A stretch of DNA of 61,305 nucleotides, filler included, from Hausera hauseri (Eukaryota), in assembly GCA_046269625.1 (NCBI GenBank). It is 12 parts of 12 records of this genome, joined end to end, with 100 filler letters (N's around TTAATTAATTAA, not from the genome) between each part and the next. Parts side by side here need not be neighbours in the genome. Positions count along the whole stretch, not along the records: positions 11,188 to 15,685 come from JBJURY010553005.1; positions 15,786 to 19,784 come from JBJURY010829638.1; positions 19,885 to 24,876 come from JBJURY010368482.1; positions 24,977 to 31,839 come from JBJURY010057218.1; 8 more parts are not named here. One strand, 5' to 3'. Numbering within the stretch: the first letter of the stretch is position 1; the number at the start of each line of letters is the position of its first letter. Positions 12,415 to 25,623 of the stretch are shown piece by piece. Made by a program: the position numbers and the translations under genes. A model generated the notes under the pieces. It ran no database searches and had not been told where the DNA came from. It saw only the letters and a list, made by a program, of their open reading frames with translations.

Positions 12415-14040
12415 CTAAAATACTCGATGGACGGTACCGATGCAATTTATATTTGCTACAACTACATACCTCTCCCTACTATCCAAATGGCAGAGCAGCT
12501 TTCGATGTTTTCCATGGGGCGGAGTCTTGATCTCAGGGAGGAAAGGCAGCTGTTCATACCTTGTGTGTATGGAAGCTTGATATTCAACCTCCACTTCCAG
12601 TATGTATCCCCTATCTCCAGTGGGATCTGGGTCCAGTATAGGGATGTTTTCAGGATGTTCGACACACTTGAAGTTATCATATGGCAATGGAGCACTCACT
12701 TCCCATTTATATAGGTTGTTGGCATCCAGGTATGATATATGAGGATTCCTTGGATGGATCATACTGGGCCATATACTTGTTGTTGGCCTCGCTATACCGG
12801 TGAATAGCCTGGCATAATCCGTCTCTAATGTCTCTCTCAATCGTATGATATGAAGTCTAGTACCGGTATATCTCAGCATTTCTGCCCAACTCATTCCTGG
12901 GGCCGCAAAGAAATGAGCCGGATCCAATGTATGGCTCTTCATCGTAACATCCCTGAAGCTCTCGAAGACATCCGGCAGCAGTAGCACATCCGCCTTGAGG
13001 TAAATATCGCTGTATTCCCCTAATTGTCCTGCATTGGAATGCATGTCAGATATTTTGGGCATGGCGATAGTCCGCATCGCTGATATGGCTGTCCAATAGA
13101 TGGCTATAAAAGCCATCCTTGTCCGGCAATAAGGTATCATCCGGTGCTTCCCATGATGTAATGTAATCATAGGGAAACACTCCTTTCCTTTTAACTAGGT
13201 CAAATGTAGTGGAGAAGAACCGCTTCGTCTCCTTGAGTTCTTCCGCAGGGAGGTTCTTCACTAAACTGTCAAGTGAAGACGATATGAAGCGGAAGCTGTC
13301 TACGAAGGGAAGTCGGATTTTTCCAACATGTTTTGTAAAAGCTACATATTTGTCTTCACTGTTAGGTATCACTTCAATGTTTCCTTCAAAGTTTCCCAAT
13401 TCTCGGACTATGAAATGGGAATCATATCCAATGAAGTTGCGAAACACTACAGGCACACATATACATGTTTTGCAACGTAGATTGTAGTTGTTACATGCCG
13501 CACATCGATATATGCCTGTAAAATGGCAGTGATCCCTGACTTTCCAATTCTCCATGTGGAAGGACTTGGCGCACAAATTACATAATGTTGCCTTGTGCCA
13601 TTCTTCTTCTTGCTTCTTCGACATGCTCATTTAATTCTTATTCTGCTGCAACATATCTACAATCCTATGAGCCATGTCTTTAAGTTGCTTTATAAAATGT
13701 GCTGCTGCATTTTGGTACCTGAATAGATATGGTTCACTGTCCAGTCCTTTGGCATACATACAATATGATGAGAATTCATGACATTGGTATGCCGTTGTAC
13801 TGCTATGTTGTGTGTTGGGGCTGCAATTCTGAAATTGACGCAGAATAGCCTCAAAGTCGCAATAGATGACTATTGGGATCTTGGTCTTCTTCTCAAATTT
13901 ATTGAATTCAATATAGTCCACTTTTGAAAAAAAAATTGTCATCTACAAATCCAAAGATGTTTATTGATATATTGTTGAGTCGTCCGAATTTTTTGACTTC
14001 AGCTATGGATGGTGGGAATGTGATACATTGGAAGTTATAG
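12415..14040 (-). mobile_element. Polinton/Maverick protein-primed DNA polymerase B, degenerate (remnant 1)
   Basis: VIYCDFEA, RDHCHFTG..C (endonuclease VII-like), GYDSHF, DSFRF, RKGVFPYDY, YLKADVLLL.DVFE.FR, YLDANNLY, GYILEVE; frameshifted and C-terminally truncated. Confidence 0.9.
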
Positions 14041-14124
14041 TTGTGCTGCACATCCTTATATAGCCAAACTCGTGATGCGTTATATTAATCCCGTACGAGG
14101 TCCCTATGGTCTTGCAATTCAGTA

Positions 14125-14250
14125 TTACATATCTTCGCCACCACCATTTTGTCGTAAGTCACGCGGCACACGGTCCAGTGGAAACACACCGCAGAATTTC
14201 ACACCCAAGAGCAGTTTTCCATAGTGACGGAGTTCAGTTGAGCTTAACGT
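14125..14250 (-). pseudogene. N-terminus of Polinton adenain-like protease
   Basis: LSSTELRHYGKLLLGVKFCGVFPLDRVP (F.GVFP.D..P motif) directly downstream of the MCP. Confidence 0.55.
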
Positions 14251-14329
14251 AAAACGTGATTTAATCATAATAGTAATAAATTACTTCATGGTACAAAGAG
14301 GCGGAAGAAGAAGAAGGTTTTATTTATAC

Positions 14330-15471
14330 AATGACGGCTTAGTTTTTCATTATTTCAACCTCGGTATAAAATACACCTTATAAGTACATCACGCTTTACA
14401 TTTTTTTTCCGGAGCCATTACAAAGGTAAAGAATGAATAGGTGGACTTGAACAAATCGATCGATATGCCATTGTTGACATTTTTGTTCAGCAAACCCATG
14501 TTACGCACGACAGATTGCATATATGCGCAAACAAAATCAATAGACTCAAAGTCTTGTTTGTACTTCTCAACGAAATCCGCATTCCAACCCAAACTGATGT
14601 AATTCACATTACTATGGGTAAATGTTTTCAAATCGGTGGTTGAACAGTCGTTTGAAATTTAACGAGCATAAATTTTAGCAATCGCATGTCGCCCAACAGT
14701 GCATATTTGTAAAACGTTGTCGAACCTTTGGGTATTGTGTAAAAGACGAGTTTTGTGTGTTGTATTGGGTAACAGGCATTTTGTGTTTCCAAGCCCAATC
14801 GACGTCCCATGAGCACAGATGGTTCTAGCTTTACTCGACGTACGTATAATCGTGCCTCTGTAATTTTCAGTATGGGTTTAAGCTGTGCAGCGGCGGTTTT
14901 CAAACAAAAGATATTGTCACTGCATTTGAGTCGAATTACGGCTTTAACACCGGGTAGTGGGTATTTCGGCTGATCGGAAAAGTAAAAGTACAGCGGTCCA
15001 CATATTGTAAGTGTTTTTGATTTTGCCACCCATGCTTGATGGTTTGCTGCAGTGGCATCATATCCGATGGTTTTCGTCAATGAGTCGCTTTCGTGTCTGC
15101 GCTGTAATTCAGAGCCGTTTCAATGAGTGCTTTGATACAGTATAGACTGGTGTTGCCTTCCATTTTGACGCTGTTCAGAGTCAGTGAAGCCTCCTGGAAC
15201 AGTGTGAGGAAAAGGTAATAGGTCGGTGTGCCAGTGTCTGTTGCAGCGAGAACCGTTGACGAATTTTTTTAACAATGACTTTTACATAGAATAGCGTATC
15301 GTTCAAATCCAGGTAGTTATTTTCCGATGCCTTAATGTTTTAATGAATGTCAATGTTATCCTCCGTTGAAACGGATTCAACGGGGTCGATTTCTTCAAAT
15401 GTGGCACTGTCAATAACAACTTGTGATGCGGCTTTGTCGAATATACAGAATTCGGATTTTTCAGATGCCAT
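14330..15471 (-). pseudogene. Polinton/adintovirus major capsid protein (hexon-like), degenerate
   Basis: MASEKSEFCIFD..SQVVIDSATFEEIDP..YLDLNDTLFYVK; GPLYF.FSDQPKYPLPGV; LKITEARLYVRRVKLEPSV; ACYPI; NGISIDLF. Confidence 0.8.
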
Positions 15472-15478
15472 TTGTCTA

Positions 15479-15685
15479 TCAATCGAAAATCATACTACGA
15501 CGATGTTTGTTTATAGTTGATGAGCTCCATGATACTCTACGGCGTTTTCTCAAACCACTGTCAGCGAATTATTTTTTGACTGATTCAACGACTCCCGGTG
15601 TAGCGGTTTTTACTTCTGACAAGGTGTGTTCCTTCGGTGATGGTAAAATCAACTTGTTTTCATATAGTACGTCCTGTGCTGTTTT
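15479..15685 (-). pseudogene. Basic core-protein-like ORF upstream of the MCP
   Basis: Ends SGLRKRRRV..KHRRSMIFD* 7 nt before the MCP ATG; Polintons often have a small basic ORF here. Confidence 0.45.
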
Positions 15686-15785
15686 NNNNNNNNNNNNNNN
15701 NNNNNNNNNNNNNNNNNNNNNNNNNNNNNTTAATTAATTAANNNNNNNNNNNNNNNNNNNNNNNNNNNNNNNNNNNNNNNNNNNN

Positions 15786-16869
15786 TCACCCCGATCCATT
15801 GGTCTGATCGTGAGGCGACTATAATATGAAATTTTCCCAAACTTATCTGCAAGGTACGACACTCATTTCCATCACCGGAAGACTTGATCATGGGGAAATT
15901 TTACCGGTTGGAAATTTTCCCATCGATTTTTCCCCATGTTTCCATGGTCTGACCGACTTGGAACAGTGTCTATTGAAACCGACAATATCGATTTACCCCT
16001 AGTACCCATTTTGAGAGTGCTAGCAACATGCTTCGCGTTACACGTGGAGCATTTCCTGTTTTGCATCTTCCTATTCTAGCGCCTTTCGTCAAATGCGTCA
16101 TACTAATTTACGTCCAAAGATTTTAAGAGATTCCTAACAAATTTTGAACAACGCAACAGATCAATTTTATGCCATTATAAAAATTTGTTTTGGTTAAATA
16201 CGTAGTTCAAAAATAATTCAGATTTAGATGTTACATTTTAAATAAATAAATAGCTGAATTGATGATGTTTGTTAGTTTCTAAAAATATTGATTGACTTGA
16301 AATACTAATTCTCAGTAGCCAATTTGAATATGTATGTGGTAAGTTTTGTAACCAAATGTGTTTGAAGTACGTTTATTAACAGAATTGATTGAAATAACAT
16401 TAACACTTTATACTTTCAATCCTTTACAATTGAGGTACTTTATCAGATTTCGACATAATCGCCATTGTATTTTTATTAACTCAGTTTAACATTTAGCATT
16501 GAAAATAAAAATATACGTTAATTAAACATTGTGTTTCGTTCGTTCGTCCGTACGTTCGTTCCGTTGTATTTTTCACCCCGATCCATTGGTCTGATCGTGA
16601 GGCGACTATAATATGAAATTTTCCCAAACTTATTGGCAATGTACGAGACTCATTTCCATCACCGGCAGACTTGATCATGGGGAAATTTTACCGGTTTGAA
16701 ATTTTCCCATCGATTTTCCCACATGTTTCCATGGTCTAACCGACTTGGAACAGTGTCCATTGAAATCGACAATATCGATTTACCCCTAGTACCCATTTTG
16801 AGAGTGTTAGCAACATGTTTCGCGCTACACGTGGAGCATTTCATGTTTTGCTTCTTCCTCTTCTAGCGC
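15786..16869. repeat. Two copies of a ~297-bp non-coding repeat (15786-16082 and 16573-16869); the second is preceded by a CGTT/CGTC microsatellite
   Basis: Both begin TCACCCCGATCCATTGGTCTGATCGTGAGG and end near TTCTAGCGC, with scattered substitutions. Confidence 0.85.
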
Positions 16870-16939
16870 TTCTCCATTACGTTTTTCATATACCCCACCT
16901 CTATTAACTTTTGCTCACCTCGTTACGCACTATCGATAA

Positions 16940-19780
16940 CACCTGGTCCGAACCTCTTTTCTCGACCTCATTTCCTGGGGGGGGGTCGTGAGAAAATTTA
17001 GTGAAATGTTCAGAATAGGCAATCAGGTGGGGAAAACTGATCGGCAGACCCATCAGAGATTGTTTTGATAAGTGGTTACGAGCTGACACTTCTACCTACT
17101 TTGATCAACTCATTCCGCGAACACACTGTCTCAATTGGACCAACAAGAGTTGGCGATGCCTCCCGGAGAATGTTACTGTAATCTGGTCATCCACACATTG
17201 TCATTACACCAAATCCATAAACTATTGCATGACGAATTTCCTTCTGTTCATGATGCAGTCCACCAAACATGGCTGGTAGAAAATTTTGACGTTACCGCCA
17301 ACTAACTGGACCGGTTCATTCGATAAGTTCATCCCAGCAACAAATTCCAAATTGCATATCCGTCCATGGTCTAACAGTTTCGAGCAAATTCATATCATTT
17401 GGTAACAATGACTTAAATGCCGGCAATGCGTCATTCTTATACGACAGGGACAATGAATGCATGATATCGATTAATTTACACAGAATGTCGTCGTCTTCAT
17501 CTTTGTCCGTCTGCAAATTCTCCTCACCTTCCTCATCGTACTCATCCGATTTCCTCTTTCGTATTCGACTATCCTGATTCTCGAATATCTAATCAAATTG
17601 TTTGTGCGTTATGTCAATTAGCAACGGCATTCATTCATGACTGACAGATTTCCTTCCCATTTTCGTGATTCCCTATACAAATGACTCCATCCTATCCACA
17701 ATTTGTGTCTTGTACGGTTCATTGGGAATTATATACAAGAATACATCGATTATTTTCTCCCACAATCCATCAGTTGTTACATCACCCAATGGAAGACTGC
17801 AGTCAATTACATACGGAATAATGTCTGCTGCACTACTGCGTACTTCGTGATTGAAATAAAACTTCAACAATAGAATCATTAAGTCGGCTACTTGCACCAC
17901 GTGCGGATGGAACGCATCGGATAATTTCTGTGCGTAACAAACGAGTAGTTGACATGCTCTTGCCTTGTCTTCCAGCCCACTCGTGTGGATTGCAAAATTC
18001 TTATTGCCGGCAATTTTCACAACTTTCCACTTTTAGTTCATGTCTTCCGCTTCATCGTTGTACGTAATACAGACATCCGGTTTGATACTGATGGTTTTCA
18101 GAGCAGATTTCATGACCAATGGGAGTAATTCTGCAAATGACTTGCCCAACAATTTGCAAATGCGCGCCCACGCACTGATCATGTAACTATGTTGTGGATC
18201 GTCAGCTGGATTAGCATCACTACTATCTTCATCCACAGTTTGCGTTTTCAGTAACAACTGAATAGCGTCTTGTGCATCGGGGGAAAATCGATCGCGATCA
18301 ACGGTTAATCCCATGAGGGAAATACATTCGATTGTTTTGCCACGTAATAATCTCAATGAATCGTTATTGCATTGGTGCATGAGAAATTTCAGAAATTGCA
18401 TGAAACTATCATAATGCGATGCGAACTTTTCGCCCAATGAATAGGCAAGTGCGGTTGTTGTTATGACGATTTGTTCCAAAACTAATTTACGGCCGGTTTG
18501 TTGAAATTCGTTGTATTTATTTTGGAGAACGTGCAATTTTTCGGCGAATGTTGGTAGGTAGACAAGGCGAATGTTCTTTGGTGCCGATTCAAAGACATTG
18601 ACCATAGCAGAACCAGCATATACCTGGGTGCAAGGATACATGTTGTCATCCAATACAGACATCAATGCCGGTAGTATTTTTCCATGGAAACTTTTCTGTA
18701 ATTTTTCACCGAAATCCGTCAATAGCTGACCAATATCATTGCATGCACCATAACGAACACGACGATGAGTGTCACTCAACAATGTGATAGTCTCCTCAAT
18801 AATTGACCCGAGAATCTCCTCTATAACTTTACTCAATCCCTCAGCAAATGACGAGATGGCCATCAGTCCGCCATGTCTTTCCTGCCATTTAACACTGTAC
18901 AGCATCGCGCACTTCGCACCTGACATTCTGTCCAATGCCATTTCGGCAAGTGTTCAGGCTTGTGTCATCCTCATCTTCCTCCGCATCCAATGTTGCCGAA
19001 TCAAGATCGTCCTCGAGTTCCGTCAGTATCTTGAATGAAATATGAATAATCCCCTGCATGTGATTACGGCATTTCCTGACGGCACCTTGAATGTTCTCGG
19101 ATAATGTCACGAATGTTTCCCAGGCCGAATGTTTCTGTGAATCGTCGACATCGCCATTTTGCACTGTATTTAAACACAATTGCAAAACATCACTCGTACG
19201 ACATTTCAAAAATTCCGATGCCGAATCCGCAAGATCCAACAGCGTCTTCATGCCAACATCATCAGTCGGATTTGCTGTTATTGAATCTGCCGTTATCTGC
19301 AACCTCATCGGAACAATATTAACCATCTGCCGAAACGGACTGTTGTCGTCGACCTGCGACACAATAAACGATGAAAACGTCATCACACTGGCAATTCGAA
19401 TCTCCAGATTTTGCAAAAATCCACCATTGGTCGTTTGGTTTATCGTTATAATGAAAATGTGACAACCTGAATCGATATTCGTTGTCAATTGTTCGTTCAG
19501 CAAGTTGGGCAAAGCATCGAAAATTTTCAAACCGATGATTTTCAATCCATCATCCGTCGAATTGAGACAACCGTCGAAGACAAACTGGAACAATTCCGGC
19601 CACAATAGATTTCCATTGTCATCGAAATCTTCTTCGGCGATTTCAATTGTGATTTCCGACAATTTCTTACGAATCATCGGTTGGTTTTCATTTACTATCC
19701 ACTCCAATAGCTTCTGTTTGGTAAATGTTTGGGATTCCTTCGGTAAACTTGAAAAGGCCTCTGAAATACAAATCTAATAT
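16940..19780 (-). pseudogene. IPO5: Importin-5 (karyopherin beta-3), intronless, with frameshifts and stops
   Basis: WPELFQF, WQERHGGLMAIS..AEG, RVRYGACN.IGQ..TDF, LRGKTIECISLMG, DDPQ.SYMISAWARICK.LG, IHTSGLEDKA.AC, LLKFYF..EVR..AA. Confidence 0.92.
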
Positions 19781-19951
19781 CTTGNNNNNNNNNNNNNNNN
19801 NNNNNNNNNNNNNNNNNNNNNNNNNNNNTTAATTAATTAANNNNNNNNNNNNNNNNNNNNNNNNNNNNNNNNNNNNNNNNNNNNCGTATCACGCATACAC
19901 GTAGATCAGGAGCAGTGCTATCAGTAGATGGCGAAGTAATACATTATTGGG

Positions 19952-20281
19952 ATGGACACATATCTATGTCCCACGTGCAATACTTCAAGACAGTGCCAGT
20001 ACTCCGACTTTTATGAGATTCATAAGCATCATCTCGGGCCATTTACGTGGTCCAAGGAAATGATGCTTGCGCATTGCCCCACATACCCACCTTACTGTAC
20101 TATTAGAGTACATAACTTTGCTGGTTGCCATATTGCAATGGAGCAATACTATGGCACAACCACAGCGCTGCACGGTAAACGGGCCTATGATTTTCCCGGT
20201 TATTCTATAGTTGATGATAAAATAAACTATGAACAATTCTATAATCAGCAAAAGGGCCACTTGTACCAGTTTAAGCGGTAG
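19952..20281 (+). CDS. Hypothetical 109-aa ORF, probably a Polinton accessory gene
   Basis: ATG-initiated, Cys/His-containing, upstream of pPolB on the same strand. Confidence 0.3.
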   Translation: MDTYLCPTCNTSRQCQYSDFYEIHKHHLGPFTWSKEMMLAHCPTYPPYCTIRVHNFAGCHIAMEQYYGTTTALHGKRAYDFPGYSIVDDKINYEQFYNQQKGHLYQFKR

Positions 20282-20479
20282 AAAAACTGATCCTCATGGA
20301 CACAACAAAAAGCAACAACAACAGAAACATTCCCTAGGAAACAACAACAACAACAATAATAACAAGAAGGAAACGTCAAGCAACCACAAGCCTTGACAAA
20401 TACGCGCAAAGCAGCAGTAAGCAGCAGCCGCAACAGAAGGAACAGAAGAAGGAGGAGGAGGAACCACACATACCTCAAG

Positions 20480-23400
20480 TACGATTTAAAGAGATCGTAT
20501 ATGAACATGAAGGTGGACATGTCCGCGAACACAAAAACGCAGTTGAGTCATGTCCCGTCCAGTGTGCGAAACCGACTGGAAGCTGAAGTGCGGAAATTCA
20601 AACACTGTATAGTGAAGCATTTTGCACTTGCAGAATTTGAAAACGTGCAAGGTGACAGGAAACAATGGTACCTGTCAAATCGAGCTGTGCCCTATTCAGA
20701 GGGCTCTATTGGCGACGTGGGCAAAAAGCTGGACGAAAAAATCGTCAACTATACGGCAAAAGGAAGTTGATGGCGTATAATCAAAATTGTCATTCTCGGA
20801 TTTATTATAACAAAGTGGAGTGACATAATTTACCTGTCCGGACGTTTATCCTTACCAACACCTGAAGCTCTGAAACACTCACATGCGATAGTGAATGTGA
20901 AAAATACTGATGATGAATACTGTTTTCTATATATCATTCTAGCAGTATTAAAATATAATGAAGTGTCCAAGCAACATGCAAATTATCCAAGTCAGTATCG
21001 GCAGTATTTTTCGGAACTGAATTTCGATGAAAGCTGGATGCCGATGAAACTAAAAACAATTGCAACATTTGAACTGCGTAATCCGACACTGGAAATCAAC
21101 GTGTTCCGGTACAACACAATAATTGAAATACCAGCAGATGAAAAGATATACAAAAATCCATATGTGGATATAATCCACCGCATTCGAAACCTGAATGGAC
21201 AGCCAATATATTTGTTGTTGTTGGAGCAAAAAAAAAAGTTCTATTACGCTGCCGTGACAAATCTAGACAGACTGCTGAACATGGCACATGACCAGTTTGT
21301 CAAAAAGCGAATACAATGTAAATGGTGCCCTGTATGTTTACACGGATTCAGGTCAGAAACTACATGGGAAAAGCATGTGACGCTGTGTAGACAACATTTC
21401 TTAGAAACAACAGTGTAGCATATGCCCGTTAAAATGCTCTAAGATTTAGTGACTGGTCAAAGACGGACAGTCCGGAAAACGTCGTATATGCCGATATCGA
21501 AGCAATTCTACCACAGCACAGCGTGTATGACCAGAAGCATGTTCCAATCGCCGTCGGCATGCTGGTTATGCTCATTAAAGCTGACGGACAACCGTAATAC
21601 TACGTTTTTCACGGATGGAATTGTGTGCGCGATTTCCTACATCAGTTGGAGACTATAGTGGAAACGGAAATCGCGCCATGGCATCGGAATAATAGCACTA
21701 AACCCTTGGTCTGGGCAGAGGAATATGAACCACTGCTTTTCGCTGACACTGACGAATGTTACCTGTGCCACAAAATATCGCCGTTCGATGCACAGGAACA
21801 GCTTGTACCGGATCACGATCCTTTCGCTGGTCGATACGTAGGAGCATGCAATTCATGCAATTTTGCAAGACGGGTGCGGCAATTCCTGCCGGTGATATTT
21901 CATAACTTCAGGGGTTATGACTGTCACCATATTCTGAAATGGGCCAATAATGGATTTCCACACTATGAACTGTCCATAATCCCAATAACGATGGAGAAAT
22001 ACCTGTCTCTGTCGGCACGCATAAAGCGATTACAGGTGCGATTCCCTGACTCATTACAGTTCCTTAATGAGTCTCTAACAAAGCTGGTAAATGCCTTTTC
22101 GGATGTGCCGCTAACACAGTTACCCGCGCATATTACACGCAGCAAAGGCATATTCCAGTATGACTTTGCGATATCGCACGAGCGGCTCCCGACGACAGAC
22201 GAATTACCACCGCGATGGCCCGGTATTACAGAAGAAAAAGAATATCACAAAGCACAATCGTTTTGTGCAGAGCTCGGCTGCAGAAACCTGTTGGAATACA
22301 TGCTTCAGTATCTGAAATTGGACATGCACCTGTTAGCCGATGTGTTTCAGACATTTCGAGCTAAAGTGTTGGCAGAAGATAGGCTAGAGCCACTCAACTT
22401 TTACTCAATACCCGTAATGAGTTGGGCGTCAGCTCTGATGTCACTGGATCGGGATATCGAGCTATTGCAAGACCCAGAAATGTACCCGCTGTTAGATGTT
22501 GGTATTCGCGGTGGCATGACATTTGTCAACAAGCATCAAGTAACCAGTGATGAGGATGACACAAAGTCAATGTTTTACATCGATATTAATAACCTGTACG
22601 GCTGAACGCTTTCGCAACCCTTGCTGTACAGTTCATTTGAATGGATAATGGACAAACAAGAACTGCATACATTGTGCACAGTCTGCCAGCAGCAGCAGCA
22701 GCAAATACGACAGAAAGCAGCTCAGTCGGCTACCTAATGGAAGTCGATTTTTTGCTGCCAGATGAGCTGCATGACGATCTGGACGGATTATCCTTGACAC
22801 CAATCAGCCAATGTCCGCCCGGCCCAAAAGTAAAGAAACTGCTCATGACGCATGAACCCAAATCGAATTACGTGGTTCATTGGCGTCTGCTGCAGTTTTA
22901 CATGCAGCTCGGTGTACGCGTTACACATCTGCATCGTGCAATCCGCTTCAATCAGGCGCCGATATTTAAGGCATGCATTGATGGAAATTCCGAGAAACGG
23001 GCCTCAGCTTGTACAAAGTTTGAAAAGGACTACTACAAGTTGAAAAATAATTTTCTCTACGGCAAAACAGTAGAGAACCTCAAAAAGCGACTCAATGTGC
23101 GCCTATGTAACAACGAAAAGCGGCTAGTTACGTACACCAGCAAGACTCAGTTCAGGCGGTCAATGCACATTGCCGATGGATTGGTTGCAGTGCTGTTAAA
23201 CCGGGAAGAAGTCGCACTGGACCGACCAAGCTATATCGGAAAAGTGGTATTGGATCTGAGCAAGTTACGAATGTACGAGCTGCAGTATCGCGACTTGGCA
23301 TGTTACCGGCAAATGTTCGACGGCTGTGAGATCAGTATTGTTGCTGGTGACACAGACAGTTTTTTCCTTGGGCTGAAAAACGTCAATTGCGACGAACTTC

Positions 23401-23827
23401 TCCGGCAAATGATGGTAGATGGACTACTGGACACGTTCAATTACCCACAGAATTATCCGCTGTATAGCAACGCCATCAGGAACAAAATCGGCTGCTTCAA
23501 GGATGAAAGCGAAGGCCATGTTCAGTACCGAGAATGGATATTCATATACCCAAAGTGCTGTAGTCACCTGACGGCCTGTGGACCGAAATCCGCACAAAAG
23601 GCGTTCAGCTGGCCCAGACGGAAATCGACCACGGTGATTATCGCCATATCTATGAAGAAGGAGGAGGACAATCAAAGGCTTTTGTGTCTTAAACAATCAT
23701 CCGATCGATTGAGCACCAGTTGTATACGGTAACGAATAAAAAAGTCGCTTTATAATGCAATGCTAATAAGCGTAACTGGGTGGGGCAAAATAAGACTTGG
23801 ACATACGGACATTGGCGTTTGGAATAA
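20480..23827 (+). mobile_element. Polinton/Maverick pPolB, near full length and frameshifted (remnant 2)
   Basis: IVNVKNTDDEYCFL, PDHDPFAG..CNSCN, FHNFRGYD.H, DSLQFL, YLKLDMHLLADVF, GIRGG, YIDINNLYG, YKLKNNFLYGKT, GDTDSFF, IGCFKDE. Confidence 0.93.
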
Positions 23828-24116
23828 AATAACACGTTTACTGTTCACAAACAGTTCAGTGCAAACATGCTATTCAATCATGTTAGATCACTGACATTTG
23901 TGATCTTTGTTTTACATTCATCTTCTGTACATGTTTTATTATATATAATCAATAACGTATTTGTACACTAGCTTTTGCCTTCTGTTTTATAACGAGGAAA
24001 TGGGGCTTAGTTGGGTAATCGAAAATAAATTAAAAATCTGATTTTACTCAAAAACTCAAATACTTTTCATTATTAATCTAAATCACAACACCAAAAACAA
24101 AAAAGAATATGTCAAG

Positions 24117-24356
24117 TCAATTCATTAGGGTAAACTTCCCCAACTTCCACATTGACGATTTAATACCGCGTAGTTCCTTATATCTTTTCAGCTTCATTGT
24201 CAGGTATCCTTTTACCCCTTCCATTGGCAAAACTGCTGTTTGTCCATTTACACGCACAATTTTCGCTATGTTGCCTTTAAGGAAAAGCAAGGATGTGTCG
24301 CGAATATCATTGGACAACATCAAATCACTGTACACTTTCTTCATCGTTTCCTCCAA
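24117..24356 (-). CDS. Hypothetical 79-aa ORF convergent with pPolB
   Basis: ATG-initiated ORF near the repeat-rich contig end; family not recognised. Confidence 0.25.
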   Translation of the reverse strand: MEETMKKVYSDLMLSNDIRDTSLLFLKGNIAKIVRVNGQTAVLPMEGVKGYLTMKLKRYKELRGIKSSMWKLGKFTLMN

Positions 24357-24419
24357 TGCATCCAGTAGGGGAAAAATGGGAAGTCAGCCTCACTTTCCGC
24401 CGGGGATGTGGGCGTCAAT

Positions 24420-24876
24420 AAATCGATAGTGCGCATGTGCCAATTGATAGTGCACACGGAGCACTATCGATCGGCAGAGTGCTAGGCGACGGTGCCCATA
24501 GGCACCGTTGCTAAGCACATTTTTGCACATTTGACAAATCGATCGCTGCACAGTGCAGTATTGATCTAATCGATCGGGCAAAGTGCTAATTGATAGTGCA
24601 CATCTGTGTGCAACGATTGATGCACACTGCAGATGTGCAGCACATGTGCAAGTGTGCAGAAATCAATAATATCGGATTTCCGATATTCCCAATATTGATT
24701 ATTAGGGCACGGCACCGAATGCAATCGGTAGCACACAAGTAGGGTGAAAATGTGCTTTCAGTCCCACCCGGGGGCGGGGTAATCGATAAATCAATTTTAC
24801 ACATGTGCCGATCGATAGTGCACCCGGCGCACTATCGTTGCAAAAATTGCCTAGCAACGGTGCTGCTAGGCACAGT
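24420..24876. repeat. Hairpin/palindrome-rich block, probably the Polinton subterminal region
   Basis: GATAGTGC-N7-GCACTATC twice, TGCCTAGCA-N7-TGCTAGGCA, ACGGTGCC-N4-GGCACCGT, and repeated ATCGAT/GATAGTGC. Confidence 0.7.
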
Positions 24877-25623
24877 NNNNNNNNNNNNNNNNNNNNNNNN
24901 NNNNNNNNNNNNNNNNNNNNTTAATTAATTAANNNNNNNNNNNNNNNNNNNNNNNNNNNNNNNNNNNNNNNNNNNNGGTACTAACTGGCGTGAGACCTAT
25001 TGCAGATAAGATTCGTTAATAATTTTTGTGTTTAGACAACTTTCATTTAGTTTTATATATTTGTAAAGACCAGTAATGATGTCCAGAAAGAACAAAGAGA
25101 CAACTTTCATTTAATTTTAGCCATTTAGAGGACTGATAGAAATAAGGAGACAGCTTTATTTTTAGTTTTAGCCATGTCTATGTAAAGTGTTGGCGTACAG
25201 TTCGAACCACGAGAGACAGCTAACTTTATTTTTAAAGAACAGTACAGCACGAATGGTGTGTCATTATATGTATCTTTTGAGACTATGATTATCACATAGG
25301 TATTGGTTGTAAAGCTACTGGGATGGTGGTGTGGGACTGGTGACGTCAGGTAACTTTAAAGTTGACAACTAATCCTGTACAGAAGCCGCAACGGGTCTGG
25401 AGATGTACATGGTTGGGGGTTGACGAAGACATTTGGCATGGGTTTGCCCCTCGGCTGCTGAGATGGAAGTAAAGTATACCGCAAGACATCAGTAATTGGG
25501 TTGCAAGACAGTAAATGGGGTGAGGTTTGGCGGATAGCATTAATTGTGGTAAGGAACAGCAATTGGGTTAGAAAGCAATCGTATTAAAATTATATTACAG
25601 TCGTGTTTTTTCTTTTTCCACAG

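Noticed and set aside
18769-19777. Plus-strand ORFs over IPO5, and similar antisense ORFs over pPolB, PPOX and gag
   Set aside because: Shadow frames of real opposite-strand coding sequence.
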